Origin: Candidatus Roizmanbacteria bacterium CG02_land_8_20_14_3_00_36_15
GTDB lineage: Bacteria; Patescibacteriota; Microgenomatia; UBA1406; GWC2-37-13
Direction of reading: 5' to 3'
Assembly: GCA_002780795.1 (NCBI GenBank)
Contig: PEUF01000041.1
Coordinates: 3,826 to 67,825 of the forward strand
Length of the DNA stretch: 64,000 bases
A program made the translations under genes and the position numbers. The notes beneath the pieces are model-generated. The model saw nothing but the letters and a program-made list of their open reading frames with translations. It was not told where the DNA came from and did not search any database. Positions 54,756 to 64,000 of the stretch are shown in pieces. Within the stretch, counting starts at the first letter, position 1. Every line of letters begins with the position of its first letter.

Positions 54756-56184
54756 TCTCCTGAATATTATGTGATTTGCTTTCACGGAAACCGGCTTCGG
54801 TGATTTTGATAAATCTGGCGTTTTTCCAAAGCTCGGGAATCGTTTTTGCATTACAATAACTCATCCCGCTCTTCAACGCCCCTAAAAGTTGATAAATGAC
54901 ATCGGCCACCTTTCCTTTATAAGGAACTAGGGCCTCAATCCCCTCCGGAACAATGGTATTTAACTGTTTTTCTGTATGATTTTCTAACTCAATCTTTCGA
55001 TCGGCCGTCGCCAAAAAAGAGGCTGAACCACGATGAATTTTATATTTAGCGCCGTTTCTTAAGATTATTCCACCCGGGCTCTCGTCGGTGCCGGCAAACC
55101 AACCGGCTAACATACAGGTCGAACCACCGGCGGCTAAGGCTTTTGTCAGATCTCCCGGATAGTTGGTTCCCCCGTCGGCAATGATCGGCACTCCTTTTCT
55201 TTTAGCGAACTTTGAACATTCCGAAACCGCGGTAAATTGAGGAACTCCAACTCCAGTGACTACTCTTGTAGTACAAAGACCGCCCGGGCCAATCCCGACC
55301 TTCACCGCATCCACTCCTCGAGCGATTAAATCTTTCGCTCCATCGGCCGTCGCCACATTACCACCGATTAGATCGATCTTCTTGAACTTTTTTCGCAATT
55401 GAGAAACGGCCTTTAGAGCAATTTCGTTATGACCATGGGCAACGTCAACCACTAATACATCAACACCCGAAGAAACTAACGCCTCAGCCCGATCCAGGTA
55501 ATCATTGACTACTCCAACCGCGGCTCCAACACAATATCTCCCGTGAGAGTCTTTAGTGGAATAAGGAAATTTTTCAAAGTTTCTCACCGTCCTGGCCGTA
55601 ATTAATCCCTCAAGTTTTCCTTGCCGATTAACTAAAGGCAGTCTTTCAATTTTATACCGATGGAAAATCTTTTTTGCCTCATTGAGTTTAATATCAACTC
55701 TTTCGGTGATTAATTTTTTTAAAGGCGTCATCAGTTGGCCGACTTTTTTATTGAGATTTGCTTCAAAAGAATAGTCCCGTTTACTTAATATTCCTAATAG
55801 TTTATTTTTTTCATCGACAACCATAAAACCATTGATTGACGCCTTTCGCGCTTTATCAATGACTTCTTTTAAGCTCATCCGCGGACCGACGGTGTAAGGA
55901 TTTCCCACAACAAAACCGACAAAACGCTTGACCTTTTTTATCTGTTCAACTTCTTCATCAATCGTCATAAATCGGTGAATAATACCGATTCCTCCTTCTC
56001 TGGCTAAGGCGATCGCCATATCTGCTTCGGTGACCGTATCCATATTGGCCGAGATTAAAGGCATATTGAGATTGATATTCCGAGTTAATTTAGTTTTTAA
56101 AGAAATGTCGAATCGATGATTAATATAAGATTTTTGAGGAACAAGTAAAACATCATCGTAAGTCAAACCCTCTGGAATTTTCAT
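54751..56184 (-). CDS. guaB: IMP dehydrogenase
   Basis: Catalytic loop [11 protein letters not shown], an inserted CBS pair, IADGG and the GSASF region. Confidence 0.92.
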   Translation of the reverse strand: MKIPEGLTYDDVLLVPQKSYINHRFDISLKTKLTRNINLNMPLISANMDTVTEADMAIALAREGGIGIIHRFMTIDEEVEQIKKVKRFVGFVVGNPYTVGPRMSLKEVIDKARKASINGFMVVDEKNKLLGILSKRDYSFEANLNKKVGQLMTPLKKLITERVDIKLNEAKKIFHRYKIERLPLVNRQGKLEGLITARTVRNFEKFPYSTKDSHGRYCVGAAVGVVNDYLDRAEALVSSGVDVLVVDVAHGHNEIALKAVSQLRKKFKKIDLIGGNVATADGAKDLIARGVDAVKVGIGPGGLCTTRVVTGVGVPQFTAVSECSKFAKRKGVPIIADGGTNYPGDLTKALAAGGSTCMLAGWFAGTDESPGGIILRNGAKYKIHRGSASFLATADRKIELENHTEKQLNTIVPEGIEALVPYKGKVADVIYQLLGALKSGMSYCNAKTIPELWKNARFIKITEAGFRESKSHNIQEI

Positions 56185-56187
56185 AAA

Positions 56188-57625
<1,438 letters not shown>

Positions 57626-59070
57626 ATTTATTCACTATCTCTTCTGCATAACCGGTATATTTTTCCGGTAATAAACCAATCAATTTTTCTTCGTCTCCTT
57701 CTTCTAGTTTAAAGTTTTTGATAAACTTTTTTATACTAGTCAGATCGACATCTTTTCCTCGAAAAAATTTCTTTGTTTTATCATAGGCGTCTTTATAATC
57801 TTTTGTCCTAAGAAAATTCTGAATCGCTTCGGAAATCACCTCCGGATGTCTGGTTAAATCATATTTTATATTGTCATAATCAGCCTCAATCCGATTTAAT
57901 CCCTCATTAATACTTTGATATGATAAGAGACAGTAGCCAAAAGCAATACCAAATGAACGACGAACCGTAGAGTCTGAAAGATCCCTCTGGAGCCTTGAAT
58001 ATGAAAGTTTACGGCAATAAAACTCAAGTAGACTATTGGCAATCCCGAATCCTCCTTCGGCTCCTTCGAAATAAATTGGATTAATTTTATGAGGTAGCGC
58101 GGTGGAACCAACTTCAGTCTTAATTAATTTTTGTTTAAAGTATCCCAAGCTAATGTAATACCAAAAATCGATCGACAATCCCAGAAGAATGTTGTTAATG
58201 CACAATAATGAATTAAAAATTCTTATTAAACTATCGTAAGGCTCTATTTGCGTGGTTACCAAATCCTGTTCTAAACCTAGAGAGGCAATAAACTCTTCGC
58301 TAAACTTTAGCCAATTGATTTTAGGAAAAACAAATTTATGAGCATTAAGATTGCCACTGTTGCCGGTCAGTTTTCCCTTAAACAGCAAATTTTTCAGTAT
58401 CTTAATTTCCTCTTTCAATCTTTGACGGTAAACAAGAAATTCTTTGCCTACAGTCGTTGGCGCGGCCGGTTGACCATGAGTACGAGCCAACATAGGAATA
58501 TTTTTATATTTTCTTGATTTTTCTTTTAGGTTCTCTTCGATTTTTTCCAATTCAGGAATAATGATTTTCTTCAAACTCCCCTTAATCATTAAGACGTAAG
58601 CTAAATTATTGATGTCGTCCGAAGTTAGACTAAAATGAATCATCTCGACGACATCCTTTAGCGATGTCTTCTTTAAACTATCTCTGATAAACTCTTCCAC
58701 CGCTTTAAGATCATGGTTGGTTTTTTTTTCAATCTCTCTGATTTTTTCGTAATCTTTAAGGCTAAATGCTTTGATTTTTCGAAAAATTGTAGTCAGTTCT
58801 CTGTTAGTCAATCTTCTTATCACTTTGTATTGAGAAAGTTTTTTTAGGTAGCTTAATTCGATCAATAAACGAAATTTATCCAGGGCTTTTTCGGAAAAGA
58901 AATAAGAGAGTTCTCTGATCTTGTGTTTATTTCTTCCGTCTAGCGGGGTAATTGCTTCGCCGATGTGATAAAGGAAGGAAAGTTTTTTATTCATGAAACG
59001 ATATATTTTAATCAAAGTTGATCGAATTAGTCAAACACAAAATGTTATAATTTATTAAATTCTTTTGCTT

Positions 59071-59155
59071 GGGCGAGTGCTGAAACTGGTATACAGACTA
59101 GTCTCAAAAACTAGTGGTCGCAACGGCCGTGAGGGTTCGACTCCCTCCTCGCCCA
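59071..59155 (+). tRNA. tRNA-Leu (anticodon CAA), class II
   Basis: Acceptor GGGCGAG/CTCGCCC, anticodon arm CTAGT-CTCAAAA-ACTAG, variable arm TGGTCGCAACGGCCGT, T arm GAGGG-TTCGACT-CCCTC. Confidence 0.9.
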
Positions 59156-59191
59156 CATTGGTAATTACTCCAATAACCGTTTCCAACTGAA

Positions 59192-59737
59192 ATGATATTA
59201 ATCATCTCACTGCTAGTAATAACATTGATCATAATTATTCTTTTTTCTTTTCCCCAACTTTCTCCTGTTCCCTACTTTCCTACTAATAAAAAAGATCTGC
59301 CTCTGATCGTCAAAGCCCTTGGTTTGAAGAATAATCAAACGGTTTTAGATTTAGGCGCCGGCGATGGCATCGTCATTTTTGAAGCGGCAAAAAAAGCTTA
59401 TAAACGAAAGTTAAACACTAAGTTTGTGGCCGTGGAAATTAACCCAGTTTTAATTTTAATAATGAATATCCGCTACCTTTTCCACCCAAACAGAAAAAAT
59501 ATAAAAATCGTCTTTGGCGATATTTTTAAAATGAATTACAAAAAACTTTTAACTTCTAACTTTTCACTTTTAACTTTCTATCTTTATATTTCTCCCTGGT
59601 TTCTTGAAAGAGTAATTCCAAATTTAAAATTTAAAATTTCAAATTTTTCCATCGTTTCTTACATGTACCCGGTAAAAAGCCTAAAAAGCAAAGAAAAAAT
59701 TATTTGTGGAAAAAATAAGATTTTTGTATATAATTAA
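59192..59737 (+). CDS. Small class I SAM-dependent methyltransferase with an N-terminal TM helix
   Basis: VLDLGAGDGIVIFEAA motif I. Two heptamer arrays in frame. Confidence 0.55.
   Translation: MILIISLLVITLIIIILFSFPQLSPVPYFPTNKKDLPLIVKALGLKNNQTVLDLGAGDGIVIFEAAKKAYKRKLNTKFVAVEINPVLILIMNIRYLFHPNRKNIKIVFGDIFKMNYKKLLTSNFSLLTFYLYISPWFLERVIPNLKFKISNFSIVSYMYPVKSLKSKEKIICGKNKIFVYN
59545..59579. repeat. Heptamer array ACTTTTA x5 inside the small MTase ORF
   Basis: actttta|acttcta|acttttc|actttta|actttct. Confidence 0.85.
59614..59648. repeat. Heptamer array AATTTAA x5 inside the small MTase ORF
   Basis: aattcca|aatttaa|aatttaa|aatttca|aattttt. Confidence 0.85.
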
Positions 59738-59744
59738 AGCCTCA

Positions 59745-60595
59745 CAGCTATTCTTTCCCGACCGCTTCGGTCAAAAACGTGTTGGCATAACAATCTAAAA
59801 TTACTCCATAATGAGCTTTTTTATTAATTTTAATTTTCTCTGATAATCAATGTTATTTTCACAAAAATTTTTATATGAATCGGTATCGTTTATCGAAATT
59901 TCTGTTAAATAATTTTTTAGAATATTATTATTCAAATAATATTTATAAGAGGAAAAAATCCAATCTTCTGGTTTTTCTACTAAATAATTTGTAGTAGGAT
60001 TTATGTTAATATAACGAGAAATATGAAGAAGTTGTTCATTAGATTTTATTAGTATGAATTTAAAATTAGACTGCCATAATGGCCCTTTTCTGTTAAATTT
60101 TATGTTAAAAAATCTGGAATAACTGTTTTCTATATCATTAATATATTTTGAAAGGCAATTTTCTTTTAAAATCTCAATTAATAAATGATAATGGTCAGGC
60201 ATAATACAATAAGCTAAAAATTTAATTAATCTGTCGTCTTTAACTGTTAGTAATTCTGGTGAATAATTTTTATTAGTTTTTAAATAATTTCCTAAATTAG
60301 ATTGAACTAGCAGGTTATTGTAATAATCTAACACTTGAATAAATCTTTGTGAATTATTTAGGTCTTTAAATATTGGATAGTTGGCAATGCTTTTATTAAA
60401 CACGTGATATATTTTACCTTCGGGAAATTTTTTCATAGATTTAGTAATAAATTATTAACTTTAAAAAATTTATAGTTCATATAAATTCATTTGTCTATAG
60501 ACTATAGTCTACAAAAAGGTATTTTTGGCTTATTTTGGAGCGCTAAACCAACCTAATACCGACCGCTTCGGTCAAGAGAAGGTTGGTATAACAAG
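59745..60595 (-). mobile_element. IS200/IS605-like or RAYT-type unit: a Y1 HUH transposase gene bracketed by two copies of a hairpin element
   Basis: GACCGCTTCGGTC + AA + 7 nt + TTGG[C/T]ATAACAA at 59760-59795 and 60561-60595, both in the same orientation, immediately outside the ORF. No terminal inverted repeats, as expected for this family. Confidence 0.55.
59801..60436 (-). CDS. Y1 (HUH) transposase, IS200-like / REP-associated tyrosine transposase family
   Basis: HUH motif MPDHYHLLI. Catalytic Tyr region ISRYININPTTNYLVEKPEDWIFSSYKYY matches the Y..NP...LV..PedY.wSS pattern. Confidence 0.75.
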   Translation of the reverse strand: MKKFPEGKIYHVFNKSIANYPIFKDLNNSQRFIQVLDYYNNLLVQSNLGNYLKTNKNYSPELLTVKDDRLIKFLAYCIMPDHYHLLIEILKENCLSKYINDIENSYSRFFNIKFNRKGPLWQSNFKFILIKSNEQLLHISRYININPTTNYLVEKPEDWIFSSYKYYLNNNILKNYLTEISINDTDSYKNFCENNIDYQRKLKLIKKLIME

Positions 60596-61246
60596 TTAGC
60601 TGGAAATGATTTTAAGGATTTCGGAAGGTTTGGAGACGATAAAATCAGCGCCGTATTTTTTTAGAATATGTGCTTTGTTTAATCCCCAAGAAACGGCGAT
60701 TATCTTCATCTTGATTTTTTTACACGCCTCAATATCACGAATCTCGTCACCTACATAAACAGTTTTTTCTTCTTTAAAATTGTTTTTTTTTAATAGATTA
60801 TCAATAGCAGCCGCTTTTCCTAAAATATGGCTACCGCAGTCAATAAAATCAAAAAAGTCTATTTGGTTAACCAGTAGAAATTTTTTGACATTTTTTTCCA
60901 AATTAGAAGATAAAATCATCAAATTAATACCTCTTTTTTTCAAATCTTTAAGGAGTTTTTTAATGCCAGGAAATATTTTTATCGTCTCTATTTCCCCATA
61001 TAGTTCTTCCTGCATTTTTCTGATGATTCCCATAATCAAAGGCAGCTTAAACCAAGATAATTTCATACCACCCAAGGTCATCAGTTCTCGATAACTTTTT
61101 GTTCTTATTTCTTTAATAATTTGTTTTTCACTAAGATTATTTATTTTTAGAATTCTGGCTATTTTTATAACGTTCTTAAAACTAAAAGGCAACGTATCGG
61201 CGATTGTACCGTCAAAATCGAAGATAACCATTTTTATTTTTTGCAT
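60596..61246 (-). CDS. HAD superfamily hydrolase (phosphoglycolate phosphatase-like)
   Basis: MVIFDFDGTIADT motif I, LSSN motif II, VGDEIRDIEA motif IV. Start at MQKIKMVIF. Confidence 0.75.
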   Translation of the reverse strand: MQKIKMVIFDFDGTIADTLPFSFKNVIKIARILKINNLSEKQIIKEIRTKSYRELMTLGGMKLSWFKLPLIMGIIRKMQEELYGEIETIKIFPGIKKLLKDLKKRGINLMILSSNLEKNVKKFLLVNQIDFFDFIDCGSHILGKAAAIDNLLKKNNFKEEKTVYVGDEIRDIEACKKIKMKIIAVSWGLNKAHILKKYGADFIVSKPSEILKIISS

Positions 61247-61296
61247 ATTCCAAGGTTTGACCCTAATCGAGTTAGACCTTATTATATAATAATAGA

Positions 61297-61863
61297 ATGT
61301 CGTCAGTGTTAAAATTCGATCTCTACACAACCGTCTTACTACAAACCATTATTCCTCATAACGTTTTTTTCTCCTATTTTTTTTCTTTTTTTTCAATAAA
61401 GGGAATTTCTGTTGTCATCTGGCTTTTGATTGCTGCCTTTCTTATTTTTTTTGAAGAAAGGAAGCACCCGGGAATTCAGAAAAAAGACAAACAGTTTCTT
61501 TTATGCTTTACCATTAGTCTTCTAATCACTGCGACTTTAACTAACTTCGTTATTAAAAATATCATCCGCCGTCCCCGCCCGATTTTTCCACCTAACATCT
61601 ACCACCTAACCCCTAACATTTCTAGCTGTCCCGCCGACTTTTCCTTCCCCTCCGGCCACGCCGCTTCTTCTTTTGCCGCCGCTTGTATTCTATCTTATTT
61701 TGACAAAAAACGGCGCTGGTTTTATTACTTGGTAGCAATATTAATAAGTTATTCAAGAATCTACCTTGGTTGCCATTATTTTTTGGATGTAGTCGTTGGA
61801 GCACTAATTGGTTATCTAGTAAGTAAGGTCTTTCTTCAAATCCATAGTATAATAGGTAAATGA
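61297..61863 (+). CDS. PAP2 superfamily phosphatase (undecaprenyl-diphosphate / lipid phosphatase-like)
   Basis: KxxxxxRP (IIRRPRP), PSGHA and SRIYLGCHYFLDV motifs. A CACCTAA heptamer array lies in frame between motifs 1 and 2. Confidence 0.75.
   Translation: MSSVLKFDLYTTVLLQTIIPHNVFFSYFFSFFSIKGISVVIWLLIAAFLIFFEERKHPGIQKKDKQFLLCFTISLLITATLTNFVIKNIIRRPRPIFPPNIYHLTPNISSCPADFSFPSGHAASSFAAACILSYFDKKRRWFYYLVAILISYSRIYLGCHYFLDVVVGALIGYLVSKVFLQIHSIIGK
61589..61620. repeat. Heptamer array CACCTAA x4 inside the PAP2 ORF
   Basis: cacctaa|catctac|cacctaa|cccctaa. Confidence 0.8.
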
Positions 61864-62669
61864 TTGTAGCGCCTAAAGTTACCATAATAGATTTAGACAA
61901 TGTTCTGTTTGATGCCGTAGAGTTTAAAAAAGCTTTGTTTCCAAAGCTTGCCCGTTTTTATCAAAAACAACAAAAAAATATTTCAAGCGAAGCGATTGAA
62001 GAACTTTATGAATCGCATATAAAATCTAGGGGGATTCTTTCATTTTCCGAATTCGCGTTAAGTCTATCAAGAAGATTTGGCTTATCCCAAAAAGATTTAC
62101 TGGAACAAATAACTTCAATGGAATTAAATAATTTTCTTATGAAAGAAGCAAGAGAATTTTCTTCTTATCTAGCTGAAGAGTCCGATTTATTAATCGTATA
62201 TACTGCCGGAGCTTTAAGAACTCAAAGACAAAAAATCGAAAAAACCGATTTGAAGGACACTTTATATTCTCCTGAGTATCATCATATGGACAGATTACAA
62301 CGAGATGGTTATAGATTGATAAAAGAAAAACTAGCACAAATTTCTTCAGTTACTAAACCATCACCAATTGTTTTGGTCGACACCTATAAGCTTGGTTTAG
62401 AAGAATTAATTTCTATGATATCTGTAGTTAAGCCTAAGCTAACTCTAATTGATGATAAGCCGGAAATAATTGAAAGGGGAATAAAAGCAGCAAAAGAACA
62501 ATGTCTTGATTTGTTACCTATTTGGATGAAATATGGCAGATATAATCAAGAAAGAGATAAAATCGAAGGAGCCAGTACAATCGATTCATTGGTTAATAGT
62601 CAAGGAGAAGTTTTACGAATTAGACAGGAGACTAAAATAAATTACTGGCCTCCCCGCTCGAGAAGTTAA
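61860..62669 (+). CDS. HAD-like hydrolase, divergent
   Basis: IIDLDNVLFD (DxD), VYTAG and LIDDKPE are motif-like elements. Confidence 0.4.
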   Translation: MIVAPKVTIIDLDNVLFDAVEFKKALFPKLARFYQKQQKNISSEAIEELYESHIKSRGILSFSEFALSLSRRFGLSQKDLLEQITSMELNNFLMKEAREFSSYLAEESDLLIVYTAGALRTQRQKIEKTDLKDTLYSPEYHHMDRLQRDGYRLIKEKLAQISSVTKPSPIVLVDTYKLGLEELISMISVVKPKLTLIDDKPEIIERGIKAAKEQCLDLLPIWMKYGRYNQERDKIEGASTIDSLVNSQGEVLRIRQETKINYWPPRSRS

Positions 62670-62688
62670 TTGGTAAAATTGAGTTAAT

Positions 62689-63575
62689 ATGCTACAAAAA
62701 CCTGATGTTTTGAAAGTGGATATCGAGGGAGTAATACTGCCTAAACACCCTGAAAAAGATAGTCCTTCTACCTTAAGAATAGCATTTATTATTAAACAAA
62801 TTGAAAAGTATAGACAACAAAATAAACTAAAACCTTTAAGTCAATACCAACCTCCTACCGATTTTTTGTGGGATAGATTTCAAATGGAATTAGGTTGGGT
62901 GATAGATAGACTTTGCCCAAACCCTTTTTCATTATTTCAACAGGTTGTTTTTAAAAAAAACCAAGAAATTAATGAATTAATGCCAGTAGCAAAAGATATC
63001 ATTAAACGGTCCGTTAATTATTATCTAGAACTTGTTAAGGAGAGAAATATTAAATACGAACCTAATCCAGGCATTATTGAGTTGTTAATGAAGATAAAAA
63101 ATGAACTTAAAATTCCTTTTAGAGTACTTTCTGGCAATCCCAAACTGGTCGCAGAAGATAAATTAAGAAGAGTCGGGATTTTGGATTTATTTTTGGAAGA
63201 CAACCAGTTACCTGACCTATCGATTTACGGCGAAGACATCCTGACACGGGGCTCGGCAATCGATACTATTCATTATCAGCTATCTCAATCTTTAATTCTC
63301 CAAAACACTTATATCTAGCTGATAGGTAATCTGACATCAATACCGCTTATTTTAGTCAATTTCCTGACAATGTTAGTTTAATTGTTTTTGGAAACAATCC
63401 TTTGACATTCTTAAATAGACCAGATTTTGATTGGGCTAGATCTTATTTAAGCAGATTAATATCTGAAGAAAGGATATTATTTATGCCGCAGGGTTTAAAA
63501 AGTCAGAAAAATATCAAAGCAGCGATGGAATTTATAGGAGGGGAATCAACAACTCATATTGAAAGAAAAAGTTGA
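62689..63575 (+). pseudogene. HAD-like paralog disrupted by an in-frame TAG and a frameshift
   Basis: The ORF ends ...LQNTYI* (TAG 63316-63318) and continues LIGN. After a shift near 63328 it reads SDINTAYFSQFPDNVSLIVFGNNP...ERKS* (stop 63573-63575). IG[D/N]-SDI resembles HAD motif IV. Confidence 0.5.
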
Positions 63576-64000
63576 TTATTTTATTATCTTCTTTAAATAT
63601 TTTTTTACTTCATTTTCAAAAAAAGATTTTATCTCGTCATCAGTATATTTTTCTTTTAAAAATACCGTTGGGACAATGTTAATATCGCCAAAATATGAAA
63701 TTTGGCTCATAAATAATTTTTCATTAAATTCACCGCCGAATTTCTGTTTTGTTAATTTAACAATTTTATCAAGAGTATATATTTTATTTTTCATAAAGTA
63801 AAATAGATCAACATAGTCTCGCCAAGTATTACGGCGACCGACCGTATAAGCTTTACTTGCTACTAGATCGTCCAAATGAAATAGTCCGATTGAATCGGTT
63901 TTTACCACTGGCCGAAGTATTTTAAACGGATGAGAAACAAAACTTACATCAATTTTTTGTTCAGTAGACACAGTAATCATTTCAGATGTCTTTAATTTAA
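63576..64000 (-). CDS. AbiEii/DUF1814-like nucleotidyltransferase, C-terminal part (open to the window edge)
   Basis: LVASKAYTVGRRNTWRDYVDLFYFM resembles the DUF1814 C-terminal region. The frame stays open upstream of the track ATG to position 64000. Confidence 0.5.
   Translation of the reverse strand, partial: KLKTSEMITVSTEQKIDVSFVSHPFKILRPVVKTDSIGLFHLDDLVASKAYTVGRRNTWRDYVDLFYFMKNKIYTLDKIVKLTKQKFGGEFNEKLFMSQISYFGDINIVPTVFLKEKYTDDEIKSFFENEVKKYLKKIIK

Overview
This is an AT-rich, densely coded bacterial chromosome segment. I called about 70 protein genes, 4 tRNAs and no rRNA. All calls come from reading the supplied translations and the DNA by eye; no homology search was possible. Domain calls rest on motifs, and GC statements are visual only.

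Gene content points to a reduced-genome, CPR/Patescibacteria-like (Microgenomates-type) organism, but that placement is inference only. There are many ArnT/PMT-like membrane glycosyltransferases, GT2/GT4 glycosyltransferases, HAD hydrolases and SAM methyltransferases. Recognisable genes include galE, lgt, yebC, a Kef-type antiporter and a guaB-purA-purB block.

Likely accessory or selfish genes:
- a Fic protein beside tRNA-Leu
- a DUF3800 gene pair beside tRNA-Gly
- two AbiEii-type nucleotidyltransferase loci
- one IS200/RAYT-type Y1 (HUH) transposase flanked by copies of a hairpin element

The most unusual signals are not genes:
1. About 20 short arrays of tandem heptanucleotide repeats (units such as AAAAGTC, AAATCTC, AATTTTG, AATTAAC, CACCTAA). 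Most are embedded in frame inside envelope-related ORFs.
2. Related ~9-nt ACTTTATRA arrays, often as inverted arms, in intergenic spacers. One is flanked by a 13-bp direct repeat.
3. GC-rich palindromic segments of 40-110 bp lying in frame inside conserved genes (FemAB, DegT, PurA) and next to tRNAs.
4. A 1.18-kb ORF-free gap (33212-34388) holding a 76-77-nt periodic two-box repeat array.
5. At least seven genes broken by single in-frame stops (TGA, TAG, TAA) or by frameshifts, mostly next to short homopolymer runs.

No bona fide CRISPR array, cas gene, prophage or rRNA operon was seen.
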